Of a DNA stretch of 64,000 bases, positions 28,830-38,712 are shown one piece after another. Source of the stretch: a candidate division WWE3 bacterium (GTDB taxonomy: Bacteria > Patescibacteriota > WWE3 > UBA101185 > UBA10185). The position numbers and the translations under genes are program-made. The stretch spans positions 70,206 through 134,205 of the forward strand of contig JACPGI010000003.1 of NCBI GenBank assembly GCA_016182565.1, in the 5' to 3' direction. A model generated the notes under the pieces. That model was not told the origin of the DNA. It saw nothing but the letters and a program-made list of their open reading frames with translations, and searched no databases. The stretch's first letter is position 1. The number at the start of each line of letters is the position of its first letter.

Positions 28830-29357
28830 TTAATCGACAGAAAATTCCATGATTGAAAGTTTCTGATTTACTAGTGCTGCGATAACCGCTCTGTGAGTAC
28901 CATCTAAAATCACCTTATTTACCCCCTCTCCGTAAAGTTGATTGGCTTTGTTGCTTAGTACAACCACACAAGGGTCGAATGGTTCACTACTAATTATTTT
29001 TTCAAGAAACCACAGCATTGTAGCATCGTGGTTTTTTCCTTTATCTAGGTCTTTTGCATACTGCTCATCACTTACACCTATATGGTTCCCATTTTTTATA
29101 TAACTAATAGCTATTTGTGCCCTTTCTATAGGTCCAGTTTTGGAAGACGGAGTTATTTTTTCTATTTCTACCATCTGAACATCAGGGTTCATCCCGTTGC
29201 CAACATTTTTAAAATAGTCTAATGGGCTTACTTGAATTATATGGGCTGTTTGATTTAATTTATCTAAAAAAGCTTCAATTGTAAGATTGGGTTGGTTAAA
29301 TATGTTTTTGAAGTTTCCAAAGGCCTCTTCTATTTGTTTATTTCTTTCATAAGCCAT
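28830..29357 (-). CDS. ParB/Srx-like domain protein
   Basis: It carries VILDGTHRAVIAAL, the DGxHR signature of the ParB-like nuclease fold. It is a paralogue of the 8773-9159 product. Confidence 0.4.
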   Translation of the reverse strand: MAYERNKQIEEAFGNFKNIFNQPNLTIEAFLDKLNQTAHIIQVSPLDYFKNVGNGMNPDVQMVEIEKITPSSKTGPIERAQIAISYIKNGNHIGVSDEQYAKDLDKGKNHDATMLWFLEKIISSEPFDPCVVVLSNKANQLYGEGVNKVILDGTHRAVIAALVNQKLSIMEFSVD

Positions 29358-29408
29358 TAGAAATTATTATATCAATCTATTCCAAACCCTAATACCTAAA
29401 TCTGTAGT

Positions 29409-29487
29409 TGGTCGGGGTGACAGGACTCGAACCTGCGAATTCTCCGAACCCCCAGCTCGGCGCTTTAGCCAACTAAGCTACACCCCG
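29409..29487 (-). tRNA. tRNA-Pro (anticodon GGG), with an atypical 7 nt variable region
   Basis: The reverse complement CGGGGTGTAGCTTAGTTGGCTAAAGCGCCGAGCTGGGGGTTCGGAGAATTCGCAGGTTCGAGTCCTGTCACCCCGACCA folds as a cloverleaf. The anticodon loop is CTGGGGG and the variable loop AGAATTC contains GAATTC. Confidence 0.7.
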
Positions 29488-29553
29488 ATGAATATCTAAT
29501 TTTATCATACACTTTTCCTTGAATTTTCGTATTTTTTTCGTACAATACTTTCA

Positions 29554-30423
29554 ATGCCAAAATCCATTAGTGTAAGTTGTTATTTCTGTGATAAAACATT
29601 TCTAATCTCGTTTAAACGTTTTAATGAACATAAGAAGCTCAATTGGAATTTCTACTGTTCTGTTGAATGTCTAAGAAATAACAGGCTAAATGGGCAACTG
29701 CTTATTTGCGACAACCAAAGTTGTAGCCGAAAGTTTTATAGATCTAGTGCGAGAATAAACCTTGAACATAATTTTTGTTCGAGGAGGTGCTCTGCAATAA
29801 CTAATAATACTGGAGGGCTACGTAAGAAATCATTGAAAAAATGCGGAAATTCTTTTTGTTCTGTATTGATTAAACACAATAGAAGATATTGTTCTAGCAA
29901 ATGTTTTGGTGTAGCATATTCCTTTGATGCGGCGCAATGTATTAACAAAACAAGAACAGGCATAAAAAAGTTTTACGACATTAACGGACGCATTCCATAT
30001 AAACTAGAGCTGGGTAATCTTTACAAAATTGCACGGAAAACATTTGGTACATGGAATAACGCTATCATTGCATCTGGATTTAGCCCAAATCCTGTAAAGT
30101 TTGCAAACAGGTTTATTGCTAAAGATGGCCATAAGGTTGATTCTCAATCAGAAAAAATCATTGACGATTGGTTTTATGACCATAAAATTAAACACCAAGT
30201 TCATGTTTTATATCAAGCCAATAGTAGGTTTTCAGCGGATTTCTTAGTTGGTAGCAGTTTGATAGAGTTTTTCGGAATTTATGGAAAACAGAAAAGATAT
30301 ACTGAGTTAGCAAACCGAAAAATAGCATTAGCAAAAAAATTAAATATAAATTTGATTAAGCTATTTCCACAAGATTTAAAAAAATTGGATAGGGTTCTTG
30401 GTGGTTATTTGAATCTTAACTAA
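29554..30423 (+). CDS. Cys-rich (multiple CxxC) zinc-ribbon protein with an uncharacterised C-terminal domain
   Basis: The N-terminal 120 aa has at least eight CxxC/FC..C pairs. The C-terminal DDWFYDH...ADFLVGSSLIEFFG is weakly reminiscent of DUF559/Vsr-like endonuclease folds. Confidence 0.35.
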   Translation: MPKSISVSCYFCDKTFLISFKRFNEHKKLNWNFYCSVECLRNNRLNGQLLICDNQSCSRKFYRSSARINLEHNFCSRRCSAITNNTGGLRKKSLKKCGNSFCSVLIKHNRRYCSSKCFGVAYSFDAAQCINKTRTGIKKFYDINGRIPYKLELGNLYKIARKTFGTWNNAIIASGFSPNPVKFANRFIAKDGHKVDSQSEKIIDDWFYDHKIKHQVHVLYQANSRFSADFLVGSSLIEFFGIYGKQKRYTELANRKIALAKKLNINLIKLFPQDLKKLDRVLGGYLNLN

Positions 30424-30469
30424 ATTTTTTTAGTAAATCAAAAAAGTTAATTAGTGCAAGAAATCCAGT

Positions 30470-31888
30470 TCAAAACAGCCTATCCACAATCGTAAAAATA
30501 CTAAACCCACCATAAAAAAGAAATGCTAAGCTCATAGCTACATTTCTAAATAAATTTGGTCTTATTTCTTTTTCTAAGGAAGTATTGTTTAGCCACAGAG
30601 TAAGCCCTGTATGGACAAACATAGCAAAAGCGTTTAATACCGCAGCCGTGATGATAAGTTGTAAAGGCTCCGTAAATCCTAGTAGCAAAACAGAAATACC
30701 GGCAAGTATTTGTAACCATAGAACACAGTAATAAACTTTAGCTACATTTTTTCCATTAAATTTAGTAAAAGTAAGTATTAAATTTTCCGTTAAAATCCTA
30801 CTTGTTGCATCAAATACAGTAAGCTGCGTACCAAACAAAGTCATCCCAGTGATAATTAGAAAAAATATACCTACACCGGACCCTATGATTGTGCCAATAG
30901 TTTTAGCTTCCGCAATTACAAAGTTGATTCCCGATATGTTTTGGTCTGAATTATATGTAGTTACATAAGAAAGTAGCGCAAGAAGTAAAATAGTTATAGA
31001 TCCAGTAAACCAAAATACCAGAAAATGCTCTTTATTTATATTTTTCCACCACTGATTAAAAATTGAAATGTTAGCTGGTGTTATATCAAATTTATTTCCA
31101 CTAAGTGACAACTCTTCCCCGAATTCACCAGCATTTCTATTTGCTCCACCCCCAGTGATAAGACTTTTTATTTTGCCAGCATACTTTCCCATACCGTAAC
31201 CCTTCTCTTTTATATATAACGATTGTGCTAGGTTAAGATTGCCTCCAGCCCCTGCATAAGCAAGTGCTGCTAAAAAAGAAGCAATTGAGATTTCTGCCGG
31301 AAGTAAAAAGTAATTATTTCCTTGACCAACTATTCCAGCCGCAAGATCCTGCCAATGATGTTGTTTTGCCAAAACTATAGACAGTATAAAAATACTAGGT
31401 ACACCAATACTTATTAATATTTTTTGTAGAGTTTCTACCGTTTTATACAAAATTGGGCCAAGTGACAATATAAGCCCCATGATTATAAGTAAGATTATGG
31501 AAAATAATTTTATATTTGTGATCCCAAACACACTACCAAATAATGTTGCTGATGATGCCGCAATTCCCGGCCATGCCCAGGGTATAAAGGTTGATAATAA
31601 AAACCAGTATGGGAGAAGTTTAAATTTACGGTAGAGTCCTACAAAAACACTTTCTCCTTTTGCAAGGGCATATCTTTCTATTTCCATGTTCATAAAAAAT
31701 TGAAATGTGAGTCCAAGAAGCGCTCCCCATATAATACCCATACCAAACTTTGATGCTAAAGAAGGCCAAAGCACAACTTCACCGCTTCCAAGCCCAAGCC
31801 CAAGAATTATAAAAGAAGGTCCAATTAGCTTTGATAGTGGGAGTGCTTGTGGGAGTTGTTTTGTTTGAAGTTCACGGACAGCCATCAT
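30470..31888 (-). CDS. Nramp-like (APC/LeuT-fold) polytopic transporter, divergent
   Basis: About 11 TM segments. The TM1 region LGPSFIILGLGLGSGEV...KFGMGIIWGALL parallels MntH LGPAFIASIAYIDPGNF...KFGYSLLWVLLL, but DPGN is replaced by GSGE. Confidence 0.4.
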   Translation of the reverse strand: MMAVRELQTKQLPQALPLSKLIGPSFIILGLGLGSGEVVLWPSLASKFGMGIIWGALLGLTFQFFMNMEIERYALAKGESVFVGLYRKFKLLPYWFLLSTFIPWAWPGIAASSATLFGSVFGITNIKLFSIILLIIMGLILSLGPILYKTVETLQKILISIGVPSIFILSIVLAKQHHWQDLAAGIVGQGNNYFLLPAEISIASFLAALAYAGAGGNLNLAQSLYIKEKGYGMGKYAGKIKSLITGGGANRNAGEFGEELSLSGNKFDITPANISIFNQWWKNINKEHFLVFWFTGSITILLLALLSYVTTYNSDQNISGINFVIAEAKTIGTIIGSGVGIFFLIITGMTLFGTQLTVFDATSRILTENLILTFTKFNGKNVAKVYYCVLWLQILAGISVLLLGFTEPLQLIITAAVLNAFAMFVHTGLTLWLNNTSLEKEIRPNLFRNVAMSLAFLFYGGFSIFTIVDRLF

Positions 31889-31907
31889 TAGAATCGTAGC
31901 ATTTAAG

Positions 31908-32546
31908 TTAAGCTTTAAAAAGTGTAATCGAAAACATTTTGCGATCTTGGCCAAAAGCAAGTTTTTTGCCCCAAGTGGTTTCGATTTCAGAAAGTTCTTC
32001 TTTTTCTATTTTTTCTACCTTTTCAAGCTCTAGCCCAAGTTTGTTAAATGCAGGTACTATCACTTCTTTAATTCTTTTAGCGTCTATACTATCAAGCGAA
32101 AGTCTATCCGTCTGTGTAGGCTCGGCCTCAGAGGAGTAACCAAATATGATTTGCAGAATTCCATTTGTTTCAAGCCCTAAAACTAAATTTTTCAATAAAT
32201 CTATTTGTGCGTTTGCAATACCACCTAGTAAACTTCCCCAAGGGAAATGTACATATATCTTATCAAACATATTTTCTAGCTCTATTGGAAAAATCTCTAT
32301 TGACCCAAGTATTAAAAGTGTGTTTCTTAGCCTGAATTTATTGATTTTTTTTGAATAAATTTCAAGTTGTTTTTGGTTTGGATCAAGACCAACATAAAAA
32401 ATATGTGGATTCTGCTGCGCATTTTTAAAAACAAAGCGGCCATCCCCCGTACCTATATCCAAGATTTTTTCACTAAAATTTTTGCAAAGTTCTTTAAAAC
32501 CTTTTGCATCTAAATCTTTGATTTTTGATCCTTGAACGACTTTCAT
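31908..32546 (-). CDS. Class I SAM-dependent methyltransferase
   Basis: Motif I is ILDIGTGDGRFVF. The start was moved to the internal Met (MKVVQG). Confidence 0.55.
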   Translation of the reverse strand: MKVVQGSKIKDLDAKGFKELCKNFSEKILDIGTGDGRFVFKNAQQNPHIFYVGLDPNQKQLEIYSKKINKFRLRNTLLILGSIEIFPIELENMFDKIYVHFPWGSLLGGIANAQIDLLKNLVLGLETNGILQIIFGYSSEAEPTQTDRLSLDSIDAKRIKEVIVPAFNKLGLELEKVEKIEKEELSEIETTWGKKLAFGQDRKMFSITLFKA

Positions 32547-32553
32547 ATGTAAA

Positions 32554-33441
32554 TTGTACAATACACACATGCAAAATTTTCCAATAGAGTTAAATGGGGT
32601 GATTCCTGTGTGGCAAGAGATGGGAAATTCTACAAACATAATAGCTAAAAAACTTGCGCAGAAACTAGGGGTTTTAACCTCACATACAGGCACACTTGAC
32701 CCAATGGCAAGCGGAGTGGTGATTGTACTTTCGGGTGAAGTGCGTAAAGAAAAATACGAACTTGCTAGGTGGAAAAAAACTTATGAGTTTGAGGTAGTGT
32801 TTGGAATTGCTACAGATACTTTTGATGGACTAGGTTTAATAACAAATGTCGATAAAAAGATTTTTGAAAATAATTTTTTACAAAATATTAATTTAAACAA
32901 GTTACATTTGCAAAATTTTATAAAAAATTTGGAGCAAAGTTTACCGGAGTTTATAGGTGAATATACTCAGACTGTTCCTGTATACTCGTCTGTAAAATTT
33001 AAAGGTAAACCGCTTCACTACCATGCAAGAAATACTTTTATTGAAAAAGATCATAATGTTGATAACATAATCTTGCCAACTAAAAGTGGTCAAATTTTTG
33101 CTTTAAAAATTTTAAAAAGTTCTACCCAAACTTTACAAAAAATAATAAGTAAAATTATTTTTAATATAAATTTAGTTAAAGGAGATTTTAGACAAGATGA
33201 AATCATTGAGTCTTGGAATAAATTTTTAGTAAAGTGTGAGAACAAAAATATAAAATTAGAGTTGCCCGTGGTTAGATTCAAAGTCGAAATGACAAAAGGT
33301 TTGTATGTAAGATCTTTAGCTACAGATATTGCCCAGAAATTAAATACATATGGGTTTGTGTATGATCTTACTAGGACTAAAAACGGAAAATATTCAAAAA
33401 AAGATTGTTTAACTCTTGAATTATTGAAACTTACCCTTTAA
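32554..33441 (+). CDS. truB: tRNA pseudouridine55 synthase TruB (with insertions)
   Basis: It carries HTGTLDPMASGVVIVLSGE, the TruB catalytic Asp motif. Confidence 0.75.
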   Translation: MYNTHMQNFPIELNGVIPVWQEMGNSTNIIAKKLAQKLGVLTSHTGTLDPMASGVVIVLSGEVRKEKYELARWKKTYEFEVVFGIATDTFDGLGLITNVDKKIFENNFLQNINLNKLHLQNFIKNLEQSLPEFIGEYTQTVPVYSSVKFKGKPLHYHARNTFIEKDHNVDNIILPTKSGQIFALKILKSSTQTLQKIISKIIFNINLVKGDFRQDEIIESWNKFLVKCENKNIKLELPVVRFKVEMTKGLYVRSLATDIAQKLNTYGFVYDLTRTKNGKYSKKDCLTLELLKLTL

Positions 33442-33453
33442 ACTACACGAGCT

Positions 33454-33810
33454 ATGGATGAAATGATAATCAAAAGATTAAAAATAATAAATGAACTCGA
33501 ATCTGAATTTAATTCCCTTAAAGAGAACTATCAAGATATGTTGGAAAACGATCCCCTTTACCAAGAAGTTCAACAAAAAGAGTCAGAAGTAAAAGAAGAA
33601 AAACAGGCTTCAAAGACAAGACTTATGACTAATGCCACCTACCAGAGTATGGAGGCTGAGTTGAAAGAAAAAAGACAAGAGCTAAAAGAAAACAAGGAAG
33701 TTTTATCACAAGAACTTTTGGATTATTATCGTGCAAACGGCAAGCTTGAGATTACAGATGAGAATGGAAATGTAAAAAGGCTCAAATTCACAGTTAAGAT
33801 CACAAATTAG
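33454..33810 (+). CDS. Small coiled-coil hypothetical protein
   Basis: ORF; charged and helical. Confidence 0.3.
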   Translation: MDEMIIKRLKIINELESEFNSLKENYQDMLENDPLYQEVQQKESEVKEEKQASKTRLMTNATYQSMEAELKEKRQELKENKEVLSQELLDYYRANGKLEITDENGNVKRLKFTVKITN

Positions 33811-33829
33811 TAGGCAGAAATGTTACCAT

Positions 33830-35392
33830 TTGGGTATGTTTTCTACTAGATTATCAAAGTTATTTAATCCGAAAATATTAGAAGTTTTAGGACTTATTTT
33901 ACTTTTAACCGTTACACTTTTGCTTCGTGTTCCAAACTTAGGCTATTCCGACTACATTGGAGATGAACATAAGTCCTTTATTCGTCTTGATGGGGGCACA
34001 AGTCCAATCAGTTTTTTTATGGATATGCGCAAAGGTCCTATGCAGTACCTAGTTTCGTATATTCCAAGACTTTTTTTAGGGGATTTTAGAAACGAACTTG
34101 CTCAAAGAATTCCATTTACTGTATTTGGCGCAGCAAGCGTCTTTATTTTTTATCTTTTTTTAAAAAAATTAACGAAAAGTGTACCCATATCTCTTGTTGC
34201 ATCGCTACTTTTTTGTGCAAATGGTTTTGTAATTGGTTTTGCTAGAATCTCGCAATACCAAAATTTAAATCTATTCTTTTCTTTTTTGGCCTTATACTTT
34301 TATACAGATTTTTTGGAGTATTCAAATAATCTTCTAAAAAACACCTTACTTGGTACATTGGCTTTATCACTTTCTATTCTTTCCCATTGGGATGCTATTT
34401 TTGTGGCTTTGCCGATTGTGTATTTTTTTGTAGTTTTTCTAAAAAATCAAAACCTATCTCCAGGCTATAAAAAAGAAGTAATTCTTAAGAATCTACTGCT
34501 AGGCTGTGTTTTACTTCTGCCATTTTTGATTCCATACACTTATCATCAAATTTTTGACGCTGCAAATAAAGAATATTTCTTGCGCCGTGTAAGTGTTGGT
34601 ATCTTTGCACTTGATAATTACAAAGTTTTAATAAGACTTTACAACCCATTTTTAGTTTTGGAGTTTATTTTAGTTACTGCAACTATCGGGCTTTTTACCA
34701 GGAAAAGTTGGTTATTTTTCTTTTGGTTTCTTTTTAACTATGTAATTTTTTTGTTTTTTGTACAAAAGCCAGGAACTCACATTTATAACTTTATTATTCC
34801 CGCACTTATATTATCAGCATTTGGAGTGGACTTACTGGTTGCTAAATTGCCAAAATATTTAAAATTTTTACCAGTTGCTATTTTTGCCTGTTTTTTTACC
34901 TTTTTTGTTTATCAAAGCTACATTATTTTTGTAGATAATAAAATCGAGTATCCTTGGAGTAGAGAAAGTCTTTTAACCTTTGTGTGTAAAGATAAAACTC
35001 CAAACGAAATACTACTTGGCAAAATGACTTGCAAGGATTTCACTGCATTTTTTACAACACCTGTTTATAAAATTGAGGATAACTTACCACTCTTTGGTTT
35101 TCCTATGAGTAGGGGTTGGAACAAAATAAACGACTTTATAAATGAACAAAATCAGCAAAAAACTGAAAGTTTTGGTTACACTACAAACGAAGCAAAAACA
35201 ATTGCCGAAAAGTATATGGACTCCAAATACCGTGTTAATAACGGTTTTTATATTGTTGCTATAAGAAAACCATTTTCTTTTGTGGATGACTGGAATTTCT
35301 CTCAATATTCAAAAAAGCAATTAGTTAAAACTTTTTACAAAGATAAAACTCCCGTCGTGAAAATTTACCGAGTGGATATTGGTATGGAATAA
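33830..35392 (+). CDS. GT-C fold glycosyltransferase (PMT/ArnT, GT39/GT83-like)
   Basis: About 12 TM segments in the N-terminal 370 aa, then a soluble C-terminal domain. An acidic DE motif sits in the first periplasmic loop (YIGDEHKSF). Confidence 0.5.
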   Translation: MGMFSTRLSKLFNPKILEVLGLILLLTVTLLLRVPNLGYSDYIGDEHKSFIRLDGGTSPISFFMDMRKGPMQYLVSYIPRLFLGDFRNELAQRIPFTVFGAASVFIFYLFLKKLTKSVPISLVASLLFCANGFVIGFARISQYQNLNLFFSFLALYFYTDFLEYSNNLLKNTLLGTLALSLSILSHWDAIFVALPIVYFFVVFLKNQNLSPGYKKEVILKNLLLGCVLLLPFLIPYTYHQIFDAANKEYFLRRVSVGIFALDNYKVLIRLYNPFLVLEFILVTATIGLFTRKSWLFFFWFLFNYVIFLFFVQKPGTHIYNFIIPALILSAFGVDLLVAKLPKYLKFLPVAIFACFFTFFVYQSYIIFVDNKIEYPWSRESLLTFVCKDKTPNEILLGKMTCKDFTAFFTTPVYKIEDNLPLFGFPMSRGWNKINDFINEQNQQKTESFGYTTNEAKTIAEKYMDSKYRVNNGFYIVAIRKPFSFVDDWNFSQYSKKQLVKTFYKDKTPVVKIYRVDIGME

Positions 35393-35432
35393 AAAACATT
35401 TACTGTAGAGATTAAAAGCAAAAGATAGTACT

Positions 35433-38400
35433 ATGTCCAGAATGAATCCCAAAAATAAGAAAGAAACAAGTTTACCTTCTAACTTCACAAAAATTTGGTT
35501 AAGGGAGATTCCTGAGATTCAAAAGGTTGCCCATCTTTTTGAACACAAAAAAACAAAAGCCCAAGTTTTGTATCTTGAGTCTGACGATACAAATAAGACA
35601 TTTGGTATTTCTTTTAAAACACTCCCAAGTAGCTCAAACGGTGTTGCCCATATACTTGAGCACTGTATTTTGTGCGGTTCTAGAAAATATCCTGTGAAAG
35701 ATCCTTTTTTACAGATGATGAAGACTTCACTTAGTACTTTTTTAAATGCCATGACTTTCCCAGACAAAACAATTTATCCTGTTGCTTCCGATAACAATAA
35801 AGATTTCGAAAACTTAGTAGACGTGTATTTAGATAGTGTATTTTTTCCATTACTTAGGATTGAGGATTTTAAGACAGATGGCTGGAGATATGACCTAAAA
35901 CCAGACTCCAAAGAGGTGACATATGAGGGTGTTGTCTACAATGAGATGAAGGGCGCTATGTCCTCGCCGGAAGATTATATGGTAAGGCAAACTCTAAAGC
36001 ATCTTTTCCCAGACACTATTTATGCACACGAGTCTGGGGGTATGCCAGATGAAATAATTAACCTATCTTATGAGGACCTCAAAGCTTTTCACAAAAAGTT
36101 TTATCACCCGTCTAATTCAAAAACAATATTTTATGGCAATTTAGATATTTACTATTATCTTAAAAAACTAGATGTATATTTTAATGAATTTGAGTTTTCC
36201 GCCGATTTTGGAGATATTACAAAACAAACCAAATTTCCAAGACCGGTAGAAAAAGTTTTACCAATCATTTCAAACCCAGCTGCAAAGAAAAATGGAAGTT
36301 TCACAATGGCCGCTGTTTTGGACGAAAATATGCCTCAATCAGATCAAGTTGGGCTTGAAGTTGTTTCATATGCACTATTTGACTCTGAGGCAGCACCAAT
36401 GAAAAAGTTTCTTGAAGAAGGCTTGGCGGAGTCGCTTGTTAACGGCGGTGTAGCCGATTTTGTATTGCAACCCTTTTTGTACTTCGGCGCAAAAGGTGTC
36501 GATGAAAGGCATTTAGATAAACATCTTGCCACATATAAAAAGATGATCATAACCGCATTAAAAACACTTTCTAGAGCTCAGATCGAGTCTGGGTTAAATA
36601 GTTTGGAGTTTGGTTTAAGGGCTCCTAGCACAAACGACCTTGGTATTATGTATATGGAGGCTATTTTAAGGTATTGGAACTATGGGTTAGACCCACTTGC
36701 TGGTCTTTATTTTGAAAAAACTCTAGAGAATTTAAAAAAGCAGGACGTGAAGTTTTTTACCCGTCTTTTTAAAAAGCATTTTCTAGAGAATAATCGCCAC
36801 CTAACGATAAAGTATATTCCGGATTCAAATTTTCTAACAACCCAAAATAATGTAGAAAATAAAAACCTCTTGGATTATTTTGCAAAGTTAAATAAGAAAG
36901 AAAAAAATGCCCTTGTTAGATCTTCTATAAAGTTACTTACATATAAAGAAAAAACAAATGACCCAAAACTTATTGAAAAACTACCTCGTGTTTTGGTAAG
37001 TGATATATCTAGTGGTAATAGGGAGTATGCAACCAAAAACTATACACTTTGTGATACTCCCGTTTTTCAAGTCACAACAGATTCTAAAGGTGTTGTATTT
37101 TTAACCCTTGCTTTCGATATCTCCCACTTGGTACGGGGTAGTTTGGTCAAAGATTTAGGTATTAAGGAGACAGATTTTTACACTTTACTTATTACATACT
37201 TTCATACTGTTATTAAGTTGGGTACAAAAAAATACAACTATAAGGAGTGGGCGTTATTACTTGAAAGGGAGCTTGGAAGTTTAAGTGTTTCATTTGAAAT
37301 ACTACCTATTTTTGAGGGTTTTGAGGTTTATCCTTTGACTAAAGATGTTACAGAAAAGACTTATGCAGTTTTTTCACTAAAAGTTTTAGAGGATAAGTTG
37401 CCTAAAGCTTCTGAAATATTATCCGAACTTTTTAATAACATAGATTTTAATCAACCAGAAAAAATTATCCAACTGTTGACTGAGGCAAGACGCGAAATAG
37501 AGGAAAGCCTAGTGTCTTCTGGCATATCCTACGCGATTACAAAAGCTACTTCCGGGTTAAGTTTTGGTTTAGAGTTAAGAGAAAAAGTTGCGGGTATAGC
37601 TTCACTTGAAACCATAAAGAGTTTAATCACTAACTTAAGACTCAAAAACTATCAGCATTATTTCGTTGACAACCTTTTAAAGCTCCACAAGGTTTTTATT
37701 AATAAAGCTAATCTTATACTAAACGTAGGACTAAATGAAAAAGCCCAACTTTCTACGATCAGTAAGACGATAGAAAACTTTTTATCTAATATAGGTAATC
37801 AAACTGAAGTTAATATGAAGTTTGTTGGGTTTTCGTCTAAGATTAACAGTAATATTTATGGAGATTTTAAAAAACTTAAACTTGATGAACGCGTTCCCAT
37901 CCCCGCAGATGTTAATTTTGTAGCAAGAGCAGTAGATATAAGTTTAAGTGGTTATATACCATCCGGAGTACTTTATATTGTGAACAATCTTATTTCACTA
38001 GATTATCTTTGGAAAGAAATCAGGGTTAAAGGAGGAGCATACGGGGTATCGGGCAAATTTGACTTTATACGCGGAATTTTACTTATGGGAACATACAGGG
38101 ATCCAAACATAGAAAATTCTTTCAAAGTATACGACGGAGTTTTTAATTACTTACAAAATTTAAAACTAACTAAAAGAGATTTGGATGGCTATGTCATAGG
38201 GGCAATTGCCGACTTTGATCCTTATATGCGGGCGGGGAGTTTAAATAGAGCTTTGTTTTTTAGATACTTGCAGGGTATAACACCGACGATAAGGGAAAAA
38301 CTTGGATCCCAGATCCTAAATACTTCCCCAGATGATATAAAAAAGTTTAGTTCAAAAATGATGGGAGATAACTTACTTATAAATAATGTAACTTTATTCG

Positions 38401-38447
38401 GTGAAAGGGGATCTAATCAAAAAGGTCTAGATCTGCGGCGGATCTGA
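35433..38447 (+). CDS. M16 family zinc metallopeptidase, PreP-like (about 1,000 aa)
   Basis: It has the inverted zinc motif HILEHCILCGSRKYP (HxxEH) and the length and architecture of M16C presequence-protease-like enzymes. Confidence 0.75.
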   Translation: MSRMNPKNKKETSLPSNFTKIWLREIPEIQKVAHLFEHKKTKAQVLYLESDDTNKTFGISFKTLPSSSNGVAHILEHCILCGSRKYPVKDPFLQMMKTSLSTFLNAMTFPDKTIYPVASDNNKDFENLVDVYLDSVFFPLLRIEDFKTDGWRYDLKPDSKEVTYEGVVYNEMKGAMSSPEDYMVRQTLKHLFPDTIYAHESGGMPDEIINLSYEDLKAFHKKFYHPSNSKTIFYGNLDIYYYLKKLDVYFNEFEFSADFGDITKQTKFPRPVEKVLPIISNPAAKKNGSFTMAAVLDENMPQSDQVGLEVVSYALFDSEAAPMKKFLEEGLAESLVNGGVADFVLQPFLYFGAKGVDERHLDKHLATYKKMIITALKTLSRAQIESGLNSLEFGLRAPSTNDLGIMYMEAILRYWNYGLDPLAGLYFEKTLENLKKQDVKFFTRLFKKHFLENNRHLTIKYIPDSNFLTTQNNVENKNLLDYFAKLNKKEKNALVRSSIKLLTYKEKTNDPKLIEKLPRVLVSDISSGNREYATKNYTLCDTPVFQVTTDSKGVVFLTLAFDISHLVRGSLVKDLGIKETDFYTLLITYFHTVIKLGTKKYNYKEWALLLERELGSLSVSFEILPIFEGFEVYPLTKDVTEKTYAVFSLKVLEDKLPKASEILSELFNNIDFNQPEKIIQLLTEARREIEESLVSSGISYAITKATSGLSFGLELREKVAGIASLETIKSLITNLRLKNYQHYFVDNLLKLHKVFINKANLILNVGLNEKAQLSTISKTIENFLSNIGNQTEVNMKFVGFSSKINSNIYGDFKKLKLDERVPIPADVNFVARAVDISLSGYIPSGVLYIVNNLISLDYLWKEIRVKGGAYGVSGKFDFIRGILLMGTYRDPNIENSFKVYDGVFNYLQNLKLTKRDLDGYVIGAIADFDPYMRAGSLNRALFFRYLQGITPTIREKLGSQILNTSPDDIKKFSSKMMGDNLLINNVTLFGERGSNQKGLDLRRI

Positions 38448-38711
38448 TGCTACATGCAGATTAGAGAGGCCCTCATCCAATCGACCAATTTCCTTTTCGC
38501 CTTTTTCTATAGTTTCAATAAGCTTTTTTAGCTCTTGTTCGTGGAGTTGAAGTCTTTGATTTTCCAGGAGTAGTCTTGCAATATTCAAAAATATATCTTC
38601 AATTTTGGGATCAGTTTCTTTTTTTGTTTCCTTCAAATAATTAATAACTAATTTCTTAAGGTTATCGTCAGTTGGAATTTGGTTTAAAAATTCTATAATT
38701 TGATTATTCAT
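38427..38711 (-). CDS. Small coiled-coil hypothetical protein
   Basis: ORF, overlapping and co-oriented with the 38713-40089 gene. Confidence 0.25.
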   Translation of the reverse strand: MNNQIIEFLNQIPTDDNLKKLVINYLKETKKETDPKIEDIFLNIARLLLENQRLQLHEQELKKLIETIEKGEKEIGRLDEGLSNLHVASDPPQI

Positions 38712-38712
38712 A

